Made by a program: the position numbers and the translations under genes
The notes under the pieces: generated by a model
Database searches by the model: none
Seen by the model: only the letters and a program-made list of their open reading frames with translations
Told to the model about the DNA's origin: nothing
Assembly (NCBI RefSeq): GCF_026571515.1
Contig: NW_026860185.1
Coordinates: 124,001-188,000 of the forward strand
Direction of reading: 5' to 3'
Length of the DNA: 64,000 bases
Source: Ruditapes philippinarum
Taxonomy: Eukaryota
Shown: positions 39,870-53,541 of the stretch, piece after piece
Numbering within the stretch: the first letter of the stretch is position 1
How the letters are laid out: the number at the start of each line of letters is the position of its first letter

Positions 39870-40679
39870 ATAGTTCATTGTAGATGTAGTCATATAAATT
39901 AATTATTTAATTGGATATTTCTAGGTCATTATTTATCTAATTTTGAATGTACGCAATTTAACAAAGTGCATATTATAAAAGTGATACAGGAGTGAACGTC
40001 ACAATAAAATAATTTTATCTATTATTAGTGATTAGATTAAAAAGAAAGTACGAACTAAAAGAAAGTGCAAACTACTATCTAAAAGATATTTTTTATATTT
40101 TTCCTTAATTCAGGTTATTGTCAAAAGTTTTGTTAAAATTGTAAGTATAAGCGAAGCTCATAAACTACAAGAGAAATGTTCAGAAGAGAAGCGAGAATTT
40201 GTGTTTTCGGTGACATTGGTAATGGTCAGTCGGATTAATGCAATAATACATGACTAATAGAGCTCGTTTTGTGAAATCTAGAAAAAGATATGATGGTGAT
40301 TGTAATACATTAAAGATGTCTGAAATTAGTTATATCAGAAGTCATGGATTTTCTAAATCATTTTAATATCATATCCGACTAAGTTAATAAAGTTTACTTC
40401 CAACAAATATTATTCTCTAAAGATTTTGAAAACTGTTATTTGTATCGTACAAAGTTTGTTTGTGATATGAAATTAGTGAATGGCTACCGAGGCAATTATC
40501 TATAACGTAGGCAATATTTAGTCATTCAAGAGACATTTATCCATTAGGTATACATCCAATGTAGGTGTATGAATCTTTGAAAGTGGTTTACCTGATCATT
40601 AGAATTATGGCTAAGCTTAAGAAATCATGAATTAGTTAATATGATAACCATGTTTAGAAATACCGTGAAATTTAAATAA

Positions 40680-40920
40680 TATGAGCCGCGTCACGACAAA
40701 ACCAACATAATGGGTTTGCGACCAGCATTGATCCGGACCAGCCTGCGCATACGCGCAGTCTGATCAGGATCCATGCTGTTCGCTATCAGTTTCTCTACTT
40801 GTAATAGAGTTGGTGAGCGAACAGCTTGGATCCTGATCAGACTGCGCGGATGCGCAGACTGGTCTGGATCCATGCTGGTCGCAAACCCATTATGTTGGTT
40901 TTGTCGTGACGCGGCTCATA
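40680..40920. mobile_element. Palindromic MITE, family 1, copy 2
   Basis: Near-perfect long inverted repeat ATGAGCCGCGTCACGACAAAACCAACATAATGGGTTTGCGACCAGCA ... and its reverse complement. Confidence 0.88.
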
Positions 40921-41489
40921 TACTATTCAGTGCATCAAGTCTCACTATCGTGTGTAGTCATATTTCAATTCATGAATATTCAATTAAAGTAGTATAATTG
41001 AGAAGAATAACGATAAGATGAAATGCAGGAAGTTGAAAATATCTTATTTCGTCTTATTTATGATAATGTATTATGAAAACATCTAAACTTTATTTATGTC
41101 ATATTTTTCAATAAAAAATTAAATAAAATCCAATTTTTGTTGTTGATTTTCCTTAAGATGGCTGTTCTGTAAAAAAGGTTTTTGAACATACCTTATGCAA
41201 CATTAAAGAATTATTAATAGTATCTATCTAACTAAGGATCAGATTTTCTAATTAATGAGTTACATGAAGCTGGTTTTATTAAATCACATACATTATATAG
41301 ATTATGAACGTTGTTTTGGGGATTAAAATGACATTCCGTTGATCTACATCCGATACTCCGAGATTGCTGAAAGTTTGCGACAACCCATGTGGGCATATAT
41401 ACGATAGAAACAAAGAAGGTGGAATATCTCTTCCATCCGGTGACCCTTTGCTAATCTTTTATCCGCAACAAAAGTTTCCGATATGTCAC

Positions 41490-42580
41490 TGCAGTTCACA
41501 AAAAGGACAAAACATTTCTCCCAAATATCTACAGACCCATATCACTTTTTCAGGAACACTTCAGAAAAAGTATTTGAGCGACTCGTATTCAAGAACAACA
41601 CCTTTAACTATCTTAAAGTAATAACTTTCTGTCTACTGGTCAGTCAAGTTTATCCATGGTGATTCTACAGTAAATCAACTGCCCTTCATCTATGATACCT
41701 TTTTGTAAATCACTAGACAATGGCCTAGAAGTTCGTGTGGTTTTCTTTGATATCAATCAAGCGTTCAACAAGGTTTGGCATAAAGCCTCCTTTCGAAACT
41801 AAAGCATGCAGGTATATCTGGATCTTTGTTATCTTGGTTCAATAGTTACCTTCCGGACAGAAAACAAAGGGTCATAATACCGGGTGCCTACTCATCACGG
41901 GCTTTTGCAAAAGCAGGAGTCCCCCAAGGCCCCCTACTATTTTTTATCTTTATAAATGATATTGTGAATGAAAACGAATCTTTGGTAAACCTCTTTGCTG
42001 ATCATACCAGTATTTATGTTTTTAGTTGAACATCATAACACAGCAGCCACAATTCTTCAGTCTGACAACCAAGAAAATTTCTTTATGGGTAGAAAGGTGG
42101 GTAGGATCATTCAATCCATCAAGTTGTAACTAGAAAACGAAATCGTCAGCATCATCCTTCATTGCATATGTTTACCAACAAATTCCAGAAGTTTCTGAAC
42201 ACAAACATTTAGGCATCTTTCTTTCTTCTGATTGCACATGGGACAAACAGATTGAATACATAACTGATAAAGCTTGGAAAAGGGTTGATATAATGCGTAA
42301 ACTGAAATTCTCTCTGGATCGTAAATCTTTGGAAATTATCTTTATAGAATTCATTAGACCTATTTTGGAATACGGTGATGTAATTTGGTGTAATTTTATC
42401 CAATACGAACTCTAACAACTTGATAAGATTAAAATTGAACGTGCACGCATTGCAACTGGTGCAACCAATCATATCACTAGAAGCTCTACAGAAAGAAATT
42501 AATTGGGAATCGTTATCCGAAAGAAGAAAGAAACACAACCTAATTATGTTTTACAATATTCAGTCGCACAAACCTCCAGA
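41490..42580 (+). mobile_element. Degenerate LINE reverse-transcriptase region (CR1-group)
   Basis: Fragments GDSTVNQL, VFFDI..AFNKVWH, WFNSYLPDRKQRV, AGVPQG..PLLFFIFINDI, LFADHTS, KHLGIFLS and IRPILEYGDVIW across frameshifts. Confidence 0.85.
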
Positions 42581-42609
42581 TATCTCTAAAATTAATACCA
42601 AATTCAGAT

Positions 42610-42835
42610 ATATTTACCAGAGCACGCTTCAGCCACCGCATCGTTCCTGTGCAGTCTGTCAAAGTACTAACTTCTTTCACTTTCGCAAGGAACTGGTAAC
42701 TTCTAGACTTGCCAGTGAAGTAGCACAGTATGAATGAATGAAATGATTCATATATTAACCACAAGCATCCTGCACCGTCCGGGAATCGAACGCGGATCGC
42801 CCATTTCACAGTTAAACGCTCTACCTACCGTCAGG
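42610..42835 (-). mobile_element. tRNA-derived SINE (Meta-domain-like)
   Basis: Minus-strand head GGTAGAGCG..CGCGTTCGATTCCCGG (B box), followed by the same core as 28480-28735. Confidence 0.6.
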
Positions 42836-43675
42836 TCTGTTTTAATACCCCATGTGCTATCAAAACGGTGTCCATCCGGGCACCATAAGACCATACGTAT
42901 CTGTCGAGTTGCCTTCGGTGATCGCTTAGAGACCGCTCGGAAACCAGCGAGTAATTTGGCCTAAATGATGAGTCAATCTTCACCGGCATTGAACCGATAC
43001 TAAAAGGCGTCTGGTCAGGTATCGGAGAGGTTTTCATCGTGTCTGTTGCGGTGAGCTGGTGATGTGCATCATGCCAAAAGAAAATAACCGGCACCCCCAC
43101 CGTAAACCTAATGGGAGTGTAATGAAGGGCAGGCACAGTGCACCCAACCTTTGATATATGCGTAATCGTATTCACACTTTTTTGCAAATGAAATTAATCA
43201 GATTACACAAAAGGTAAACAGATATGCTCTGTGCATTGTTTTAAGCAGACTTAGAAATACTCATGGAACATATGCAGACCAAATAAATTTAAACTAAACT
43301 TTTAAAAAGATAAGATAAAACACTTACACTATTTCGTTGTCGAGGGAAAATAATGTGATTTTCTGGAGGCGTGAAACATACTTTTTTATTACAATTCGGT
43401 CTATCAGACTTGTATTAATCATATTATTGTTCAAAAATGAATAATCATTCACAGTATATCAAAGATGATATTGTTTAAGAAGCTCAATGTCCTTGAAAAC
43501 ATTGTTTACAAATATATGTATAGCAAAATTTCATTGATTTTATTTAAATACGCAGTGTGTGTTTCAATATAAGCATTCAACCGTTATGTACTCTCAGGTA
43601 GCGATAAAATGCCTGTGTGACTTTTTTTAAATACATGTTTATCTTCGTCGCGTTAAGAAATTAAGCAGAAGGATC

Positions 43676-46600
43676 ATGCGATATATTTTCCGTTGCTTGG
43701 TTACTAATAGAAGCAAAAGTTTTGTTTTTAAGCAGAGCGAAATCCTGCAGCATATTTCTTCACAGCATGCAACATGTCGGCGTTTTCTGCAGTCATCAAC
43801 TTCTGGCGGAGTTGTTTTTAAAAGCCCGAGACCAACTGTCGAAATCCCAGTGGTGCCTTTAAGTGACTTCTTATTTTCTAAATTTTCAGGATATGGAAAT
43901 AAAACCGCACTTGTAAGTTTTAAATCTTATTACTAACAATTATCATTATTATTATTATAATCATTATTATTATTTTATTATTATTATAATTATTATTATT
44001 ATTATTATTATTATCATTTTTTTTTTTTTTTTTTTTTTTTTGCTTCGTTTGCTTAATATACAGTTTAAGCTATTGTTAATCTAATTCAGGTAGGTCAGCC
44101 ATTTTGTTTTTGCTAAGTGGGTTCAAGTAAAAGTAGGCCAAAATATATATAAGACGCAAAAAATAAAATTAGTATGTTAGACCTAAACTGGATTTGCCTT
44201 TCTTGAAATGTGCATAAAACTTTGCAATAGATTTTTCTTTGCCTTCAGAAATTCAGCACATTCAAGATACATATTCTTACTGCTAACTTTCTTATTTGTG
44301 TTTATAATAGTCCTGTAAATTGTGAATCATTTTACATTGAGAGCCTTGTTGGTACATGAATATTGACCTACTTTCACTCTGGACTTACTTAATTTGCTTT
44401 CAATGCTGATTTACCATAAAGGGTCCTCACTGTAAATTGTTTCTTTTAATCCTACCTCCAAATTAGTTGAAATTACACTATCAGAAGATAAAGTTTTGGT
44501 TTTAAACAAAGGTTGACGATACAAATGCCACATCGTACACATATTCCCAGCTTGAACAACTCTCGAGAAATGTTGCTAGTTTCTTGTATAGGAAGGGACT
44601 TCGAAAAAATGACGTCATATGTTATTATGGTACTAATACTCCAGAATTTGGTGTTCTGCTGTTAGCATGTTCTTCTGCTGGTATTGTGTTGTCTACGGCT
44701 AACCCTGCATACACAACAGGTGATATAATTATTACAACATGTATTTACAATACCTTAAAATACATTATAATGCTAGCTTTATAAACTCGTAAATATTTGA
44801 AAAGTATCGTTATTATTTTTGTCTTATCATTAAAAAAAACAAGCTTCTTTTATAAAGCATTTAAAGTGTAAATTATGTATACTGAAAACGTGTCAAAGTG
44901 AAATCATTTACCTATAGATGTCCAATAAGTGGAGCTCAGGTATAAGTTACCATCACCCTAGTTACCGCATCGTCTGTCTGGGATAAAAAAATAAAGCATG
45001 CATCGTTTATCTGTTACATTTTTTTATTAATAGAGGTAACAAAAAGATATGATTATTTTTATTTTAATTATTTTTTCTAGGTGAGCTGGAGAGACATATG
45101 GATCATTCTGGGGCTACAGTTCTTGTTACCGTACCCCAACTGATACCAAACGCCAGAGAAGCAAACCTTAAGGTATTATCTCAATTCGCCTCAACGTCAT
45201 GTGAAAATTTGTGCATGTATAATGCTCATATAAATATACATTTTTTAGCTCGTGTGTGATGAAAATTTGAAGCGTATTTGTGTTGTACTGGTGTTATATG
45301 ACGAAACTCATCTATATGGAAACTCGAACCCACGATCCCTGGGTTGAGAGGTATACACCATAACCGCAAGACCATCGCTGCATTTGTTTCAGATATTATA
45401 CATTTGAGCTGTATGTACATTTTTGTCATGCAATCAATAATTGCATATAAAGTTATCAAAGCATTATTTCTTTTAAATAGAATGTTTAAAATAGATGGAT
45501 AAACACACGTATATGTAGTGTACATACAAAATATTTCACTGAAACGTGAAGATATGTTTAAAGATAATCATCGTTTTTAAGCCTTTGTAAAGTGTGAAAA
45601 AAATAACTATTACCTTTTTTTACCGTAAACTTTTAACTTCAAATAGGCTTATCTTGGTAATAATATTTTGGATGACTGATTTTTTTACATAAATGTTTTT
45701 AATTTCAATTATAATGTTCTCTACTGAAGTGAAGTGATCGATCCTTAATGTTTAAAATACTTCAATGAAAATAAAAGCATGCGTTTGACTGCGTTGATTT
45801 CGATAAAAATATTGATCAAATCAACTTTGAATGTGTAACACACGCAGTCATGATAAACATAAATACAAAGATTAGAATGAAATGAGCCGCGTCAAGACAA
45901 AACCAACATAATGGGTTTGCGACCAGCATGGATCCATACCTGCCTGCGCAGCGAACAGCATGGATCCTGATCAGACTGTGCGGATGTGCAGGCTGGTCTG
46001 GATCCATGCTGGTCGCAGATGCACTATGTTGGTTTTGTCATGACACGGCTCAAATACTTTACATGATAACATGTTAGTAATTCTAGTTTCACAAATAGTA
46101 AACTATTGAACATTTAATTTGTCTTTCATCAGGATGTTATAGTGATAGGCAATAGTGATGGCTGCCAGTCATTTTCAAACGCACTAGCAGATGACGGTAA
46201 ATGTTACCCACCGGATATCACTATCAACCCAAAGGAAGATGTTGTTCTTTTGCCATATAGTAGCGGTACGACAGGACTACCAAAAGGCGTTATGCTGACC
46301 CATCATAACTTGGTGGCCAACCTTCTGCAATTTAAGTTAGTTTGTCATTATGTGTCCGCAATGTTTTAAAATATTTTAGGTTATATATCTACAAAAGCTC
46401 GGCTATTTTCGTTATTGATGACAAAACAAACAAACAAACAACAAAAATAACCATCGATATAATTAAAAAAGGTCTATTTAAATAACTTAAAAACATAGCA
46501 ATTTGTCTATCTTTACTTATTTAAAGTAAAACAATTTCATCTGAAAAAAAGAATATTTGAGGAAAAAAGACAACAAGAATCACTTGATAACGAATTCATT

Positions 46601-49600
46601 TTGAAGAAAATTATATTTCCCGATTGTTATCAAAATATCATGATATTGAACAGTCCCCAAAGCAATTTAAACTCATACCATTCTGGAACCGGAAGTGGTC
46701 AGACATTGTCACCAGTAAAAAAGCACACCCGCACAGTCTGTCCAAGCTCTCTACTGCCAGTAGCTTTATTTTTTAGCTCGACTATTCGGCGTCACACTAT
46801 GTTTGTTTTAACGTGCAAAAATGAATCTCCAAAACTACTGAAAGGCACCATTATGCCTCAGAAACAAATGAGAATTTCATTTTTAAGAAAGGGAAATACA
46901 GGAAATTTATTATGTTTAACTATTGTTTTTGAACATGTTAGATGCTTATCACCTGAAAGAAGCACTGAATGTATTTATTTTTTGTCGTAAAAAAGGAAAA
47001 TGTAAATAAAGTAGCATTTTGACTTCCATTCAAAACATTAAACCTCTTTAAAGGCAATAAAAACAAAAGATGGTTCAGGTAATTGGTAAATGTACATCTT
47101 TTTTGGAAACGGTAACAGACACAACAGATTAAAGGATTAAGAAATGAAAACAATTATTGGGCATAATGGGCCTTTTAAGGGAAGGGAATGAAACTTAACA
47201 CACTCATTTTAGACCATTAAAGCGTGCCACTGTTCAGGGCCCATTACTTTAACTATTACTTTATTTATTATCAAGCACTCGGAGTAGTCGAGCGCGCTGT
47301 CCTACTGACAGCTCTTTTAATGTAAAACTGTACACTTCGAATGGACTGCTCCAAATTAATGTTTGGCAGATCCATTACTACAGTATGGTATAGTTAGGAC
47401 ATTTGAATATTTGCATGTGGATATCATAACCATTGACGCAATTCATTTTCCTCTTATTTTCAGAGAATGTTCAAGCTCATTCGCAGACGACACAAACCTT
47501 GCTGTTCTGCCGTTTTACCACATTTATGGAGTTCTTGTTCTTTTGTGTGACACTTTGCAAAGTGGAGGCACGCTGGTGACCTCTCCGTGCTTTGAACCGG
47601 AACGCTATTTGAAAACTTTAGTTGAACATAAGGTATGAAACACGATAACGTTTATATTGTATCATAGTTTGTGTCAGAGTTAAATCGTATATATTGGGGA
47701 CCTTTCTGTTGAAAATGCATCAGAGTTAAATCGTATACATATACATGCACAGTGCGTTAACTGTAGTGCAGGTATTAGTTACCAGCACTTCAGAGCATGC
47801 CCATTGATTGGCTCATTTTTTCTTGGGGTACATATTGTGACGGCAGAGAAAAGGAAAGCGACAGAAATACCATATTCTGATGTTCGTTCATTGGTTCCTT
47901 TTTGCCGGGCTTTCGTTAAGTAGACTTGAAATTATTTAGATTCGATTGCAATTCTTCAACTGACTTTCCAAATATGACCATATCGTCGGCAAACAGTAAA
48001 ATAATCATACATATATCATAAAAAGTGAAACCTTTATCGTTATTATTATCATTATTCCTTAAGTATTGTTCTAGATCTTCCAGAAATAAAGCAAACAAAA
48101 TCGGTGAATTATTTTGGCCCTGATATATCAAAAAAGTCTTACAAAGTATTACAGTGTTTAACACAGGAAGACACCGAAGAGAACATATCTTTAAAAATCC
48201 TGATCAATTTACCATCTAGTCCGAGATTAAAAAGTTTATACCAAAGAGCATTACGCTAGATTGAATCTAATGTTTTTAAAGTCTATAAAACAACAATAAA
48301 CAACAATAAAGACGTGAATTTTGGGATAGTATTCGTTCCACTAAAGAGTGCAAAACAAAATTGCATGAACGTAAACCGAATTGTGCGTCAGACTGTATAT
48401 TGTTATCACGCGCCCAATTGTCAACCCGTTTTGTTAATACCTTTGTAAATAATTAACCAAAATTGCTAATTGATGTTATACCTCTATAATTATTCGGTAC
48501 CTCTTATTTCCCTTTTTATATAATGGTACGATATAACCATAAGACCATACTTTTGGGAAATGACCGGAGTCAAATATAGTGTTAAAACAGGCCGTGATAT
48601 GACCGATTAGTTTGTCGGACGTCTCAATGAAAAACTCATTTCATAAATTATCGGCAGGACATGGTGCCTTATTTCCGCGCCCGCCATTTTAACTTGTTCA
48701 TTTTCGACTGTTCCCTCAGCGGACATATGACATATCTATGACATATTTCATATTTTGTTTTATTCAGATAACACAACTTCACCTCGTGCCTCCCTTGGCG
48801 ATATTTCTGGCGCGTCATCCTATGGTGGATAAGTTCGATCTATCGAGGATACGATCAGCTTTCTGCGGGGCAGCGCCACTTGGAGAGACTGTAACACATG
48901 AGATGAAGAAGAAAACGAATATCACCATTAGACAAGGTAAACACTTACAACAATAAGAAAGCAATCATAAATGAATATAAATTTCGTTGGTCTTAGATCT
49001 GTTATTTCTGTCTATAATGCATTTGCGAGATTTTGTTAGAATTGATATGCAGAACCTAGGAAATATATATATAAATGCTACTGTTCAGTAATCACTAGCT
49101 AAAGTAAAACACAATAATCTTGCTTGAAACAATAAGAAAATACCATTTTAATCATGGATAAATGTCTTTATTTAAAAGGTTATGGTTTAACGGAGACCTC
49201 GCCTATTATTTCTATAGACTACCTAACAGATGTAACTATTGGATCTGTTGGACCCCTTGTATCTAACACAGAAGGAAAGGTATTGATTTAAAATACAGAT
49301 TCTCCAACCCTTTACGAATGGTTTCTTTTCATTTAAACATATTTTATTTCCATAAAGAAACATACATGTAAAGGCATTTGCAACGCCATGGTATAACGTA
49401 TTTGGCAAAATGGTAAACGAATGGTCTGAAACTAATTATTAATGATCAATCAGCAAATGGAAAAATAAATAAGGATTGTTATCAGTTACAAAGTTTTTTT
49501 GAACATCATCATACTGCAAGTTTGTATCGTCGTTTTTCATTGGACAATCGTGACGTTTTTATTATCTATTTACACGGCTGCTGTCAAATTATAAAGTAAT

Positions 49601-51799
49601 TGCTTTTTATTCTCTACTAAAGGAAGTTTGCAGTACTATAAATTCGATATAAAGGTTTTTGACCAGTAATATGCCCGTATATATGTGAATGGTTATTTGC
49701 AACATAACCCTCCCGTATGGGCCCGGGTTATATGTTTATACAATCGTTTATATATAACCTGTCAAAAAACTAATAGTATCAACAGTTGTAGAACTATTAA
49801 CCTTTTAACAGGTCATAATTATAATATATTAAAAAATAACGGAGAACTAGAAATGTGTCCATTGGACACGGGGACCCTACACTCCACTGTTTTGTCAATC
49901 TTATGACTTTAGGTCAAATATTTTTTAGGCTACATGTGCCACAAGTAAAAAACAAAAAATCGTTTACTTAGTCAAGGGCAAGAACTTTACAAATACAGAA
50001 TAAATTCATGCATAAGTACATGGCTGACCAAGATTCTTGTAAACTTTCAGACCTACAGGTCAAATACTTTTTGAGTTATGCATGGACAAGTTAAAATTGC
50101 AAATTTATACTAAGTCAAGGGCATTAACTCTAACAAAACTGAAAAAAAAATCCACATGCAAACCCCATGTGCATAGCTTCACAGTGATTTTGATCATTTT
50201 TCCTGTAAAGTTGGTTGATTATAACTCAAGCTCTTGGTGAACAAATAACAAAACATAATGGAACAGTTTTCACTAAGTCAAGGGCAATAAATCTGACAAA
50301 ACAGAATAAATCCACATGTGAAAACCCAGGTGCACAACTACACATGCTGAGCAAAATTCCTGTAAAGTTTCATGACACTAGATCAAATACTTTTTAGTGA
50401 AATGGCGCACAACCGCATTATTTCATTATATATTAAAACAAAATTAATGACGTTTACATTATTACTGTACATGGCTGCTGCAACTTTACTTTATTTAAAT
50501 TTTGATTAGAATCAGAGCTTTTTCTTTTTTAATTATGTCACTGATTTTTAGGAATTTTTACTTTATTTATTTTGTTTTTGTTTGTTAACCGATTTTGAAT
50601 ATATACAACAGCGTGTGTCAATGGCTGTTAAGTATTACATTAACCGTTCATTGGCGGGTTAGCTATGTTCGGTATATATATATATATATATACAATCAGT
50701 AAGAGAGAGCCAAACAAATCTGACCAAGCTCTGTACTGTTGGTTGACCAACTTAAATACCGAAAATATATACTAAACAGTTCCAAAAATGAATTACTAAG
50801 CTTCTATGTACATGCGTCAGTTCATAGACGTGAAGACGGGAGAAACTCTAGGACGAAATGAAACAGGTGAATTGTGCGTGAGAGGCCCACAAAACATGAA
50901 AGGTTATCTGAAGAATGAGAAGGCTACCCGAGAAATGATAGATGACGATGGTTGGCTGCATACAGGTATGCGGCGAATCAAATCGTAGATTTCATTATCT
51001 ATATAACATTTGGTATTGTTTTCTTCAAATTCTAGACAAACGAATCCTTGATAAACGAATTCGTAATAAACAAATGTTTGATAAACGAATTCTTGATAAA
51101 CAGATCAAATGTAAAAGTTCAAAATTTTAATGTAATCGAAGTTTCTTTAAATTGGAGCAATCATTATCTTATTACAGGTGATATAGGACATATGGAAGAT
51201 AATGACTGTATTGTTATAACAGATCGTTTAAAAGAGCTAATTAAGTATAAAGGAAGACAGGTACAACACCACTATATTTGCAATATCTTTTAATTGAGAT
51301 AATATTTCTGTTTTTGACAAATCTTATATAGTATATGCCCATCATATTTGCTGTACATAAATGTGGGTTTTTGTAATCGGTATTTAGACAATTAGATACT
51401 TAGTCCACATAGTCCTGATAGCGCAAAGCGATAAGAAAACATTACATACTCATAGTTCATCATTTCAAATTCTCTTCATTTCATCATAACAAATTGTTTC
51501 ATAATTTTTAGGTTGCCCCAGCAGAGTTAGAAGATTTGTTACACAAACATTCGGCCGTTCAGGACGTGGCTGTGATTGGTATGCCGGATGATCGAGCCGG
51601 AGAGCTGCCGAGAGCATATGTGGTGCTCAAACCCGATATCTCACTACACGCACATGACATAATGAAATATGTGGAAGGTATCACATTCCAAAAGTATTTA
51701 TTCTTCACGAATTTGTATCTTAGGACACAGTTCACCTTTCTTAATAAATTCATTTCATGTTTTTGTTGCTGCTGCCGTTGCTGTTGATGATGATAATGA

Positions 51800-51831
<32 letters not shown>

Positions 51832-52152
51832 TCATTGTTATAATTGATGCTGTTACTGCTGAAGCTGTGTTATTGTTGTTGTTGCTGCTGCTGCTGCTGT
51901 TGTTGTTGTTGTTGTTGCTGCTGTTGTTACTGTTGTTGTTGTTGTTGCTGCTGCTACTGATGATGATTTTTAAGTTATTAAGTTATGATGATCATTAAGA
52001 TATTATTATTATTATTATTATTTTCAGAAAATGCATCAGATTTCAAGCGGCTTAGAGGAGGTGTTGAATTTGTTAAAGAAATTCCAAAAACTCCGAGTGG
52101 CAAAATATTGCGGAGATTGTTGAGGGACCAGTTGTCCTCTCTGCAACAGTGA
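43676..52152 (+). CDS. 4-coumarate-CoA ligase / firefly-luciferase-family acyl-CoA synthetase, copy 1, 11 exons, about 565 aa
   Basis: Exons 43676-43912, 44512-44719, 45081-45172, 46133-46335, 47464-47632, 48768-48936, 49179-49279, 50821-50965, 51178-51260, 51512-51677 and 52028-52152, in frame. ANL-superfamily motifs [67 protein letters not shown] and [12 protein letters not shown]. Confidence 0.93.
45882..46052. mobile_element. Palindromic MITE, family 1, copy 3 (internally deleted)
   Basis: Same TIRs as 9261 and 40680, with the central part missing. Confidence 0.85.
46769..47316 (+). mobile_element. HINE-type element with a nested TTAA-type MITE
   Basis: TTTTTAGCTCGACT start and AGTCGAGCGCGCTGTC..GACAGCTCTT end. 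A nested segment near 46841-47180 is bounded by AGGCACCATTATGCC / GGCATAATGGGCCT, the same TIR family as 59409-59755. Confidence 0.65.
47916..48490 (-). mobile_element. Degenerate LINE reverse-transcriptase fragment
   Basis: [17 protein letters not shown] and [21 protein letters not shown] (RT core motifs); the upstream part is decayed. Confidence 0.8.
49845..50400 (-). mobile_element. HINE-like element fragment with internal tandem repeats
   Basis: AACTAGAAATGTGTCC..GGACAC hairpin end and repeated AGTCAAGGGC units. Confidence 0.5.
51780..52021. repeat. Compound trinucleotide microsatellite (GAT/GGT/TTG/CTG/ATT) in the last intron of ligase copy 1
   Basis: Directly visible; explains the spurious poly-D/G/L ORF. 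Confidence 0.95.
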
Positions 52153-53089
52153 TATACATGTATATACAGATATAGATACTGACACGGTCATGTATATTTT
52201 ATCAAGTGTTACTTGGAAACGAGGTTTTGTAATTAAGAGAAATAACACTTTATACAGTAACTTGCTAATGATTCAAGTGCTCTAACATCTTTTAATGAAA
52301 TCAAGATCTTTTTTTTTTCGTATTATTTAATTATGTATAATAAAGCATTATTTTTTCTTAAAAATTTGTCCGAATAAGCGTTTCGTAATACTATCATTAC
52401 ATAATCATCCTTAGGAAGCTATCAGACTGACTAATTCTGCAAAGGTACCAGAAATTATGCATAAAGGGGATTTCTTAGTCTGGTCGAAATTCTCGCGTAA
52501 AGCGGGAAAGTCGCCAAATGTAAAGTCCAGCCTTTCACGATAAGTGGCATCAAACAATTTACAAGAGAGGCTTCTAGCCTCTTTCTTCCCACAAATTATA
52601 AAATTTGGATATTTGTTTCTAGATATTCGATAGGAAAGTTATACATATATTGTGATATCCTCATGTGTCAAAAGAAATGATACCCAATGTACATGTACTA
52701 TCTTATTAGTGAATCTCGAAAAATCTGTAAAACTTTTTTCGACATGAACTTAAAACACATCTGGAAAATGATAAAAGGTGTTATCTTTTCTTCTTGATGT
52801 TTACGTAAATTGTCTTTAGAGTAAGATAACATATTTGATATGTAGCACAGACACATACACATTAATGAAATTGATAACTAATGAAGAAAGGTAACATGAC
52901 AAATGTTATCTCTAACTTTTGAGCCCTATAAAATTGATAATATAATATCTAGACAGACAGTATATAGAAAAGGCCAAACTTGTTTATCAGTACAGTCTGA
53001 CACCGTACAATCTAAAACACTTTTCACGAAATGCAATGCTTCTGCATATTTTAATCAAAATATTTCCCCATTAAAATTTCAGCTAGGAT

Positions 53090-53480
53090 TACGAGAAAAG
53101 TAAAAAAAAAAGCTACAATTACTTGTAAAAGTTGGACGTATCATGTCCAAAAGCAGGCTTGTAACGTTTGGAATTCCCCTGGGATCTATTCTTGGCCCTT
53201 TTTTATTCTTATTCTAAATTAAAGATATCACATCAGCTTCAACAAATGCTAATGCAGATCCTTATTCTGACAATTCTACTATGTGTGTATTTGATTATGA
53301 TTTGAATGTAGTTGAAAGTAAACTACAAAAGTATTTGGATGTCATAGATCGATGGTGCAATTTAAAAAATATGTTAATTCTTCCAATTACAAAATGCATG
53401 GTACTGTGTATGGAACAAAGTAAAACTTATTATTGTAATTATCTGTCTTTAAGTATTGTAGTGTGGCAGATCCATTAATA
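53090..53480 (+). mobile_element. Ancient LINE RT remnant
   Basis: VTFGIPLGSILGPFLF..DI and LQKYLDVIDRWC..TKCM. Confidence 0.6.
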
Positions 53481-53541
53481 AGCAAACACAGAATAATATA
53501 TAATACGCCATGTGTCGATGGTCAAGTATGTTAAAAGGCTG

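Noticed and set aside
39676-39893. ORF-track proteins 39676-39873 (poly-N) and 39681-39893 (poly-L)
   Set aside because: These are alternative frames or the antisense of the Gln-rich last MCFD2 exon; splice phase selects the Gln frame.
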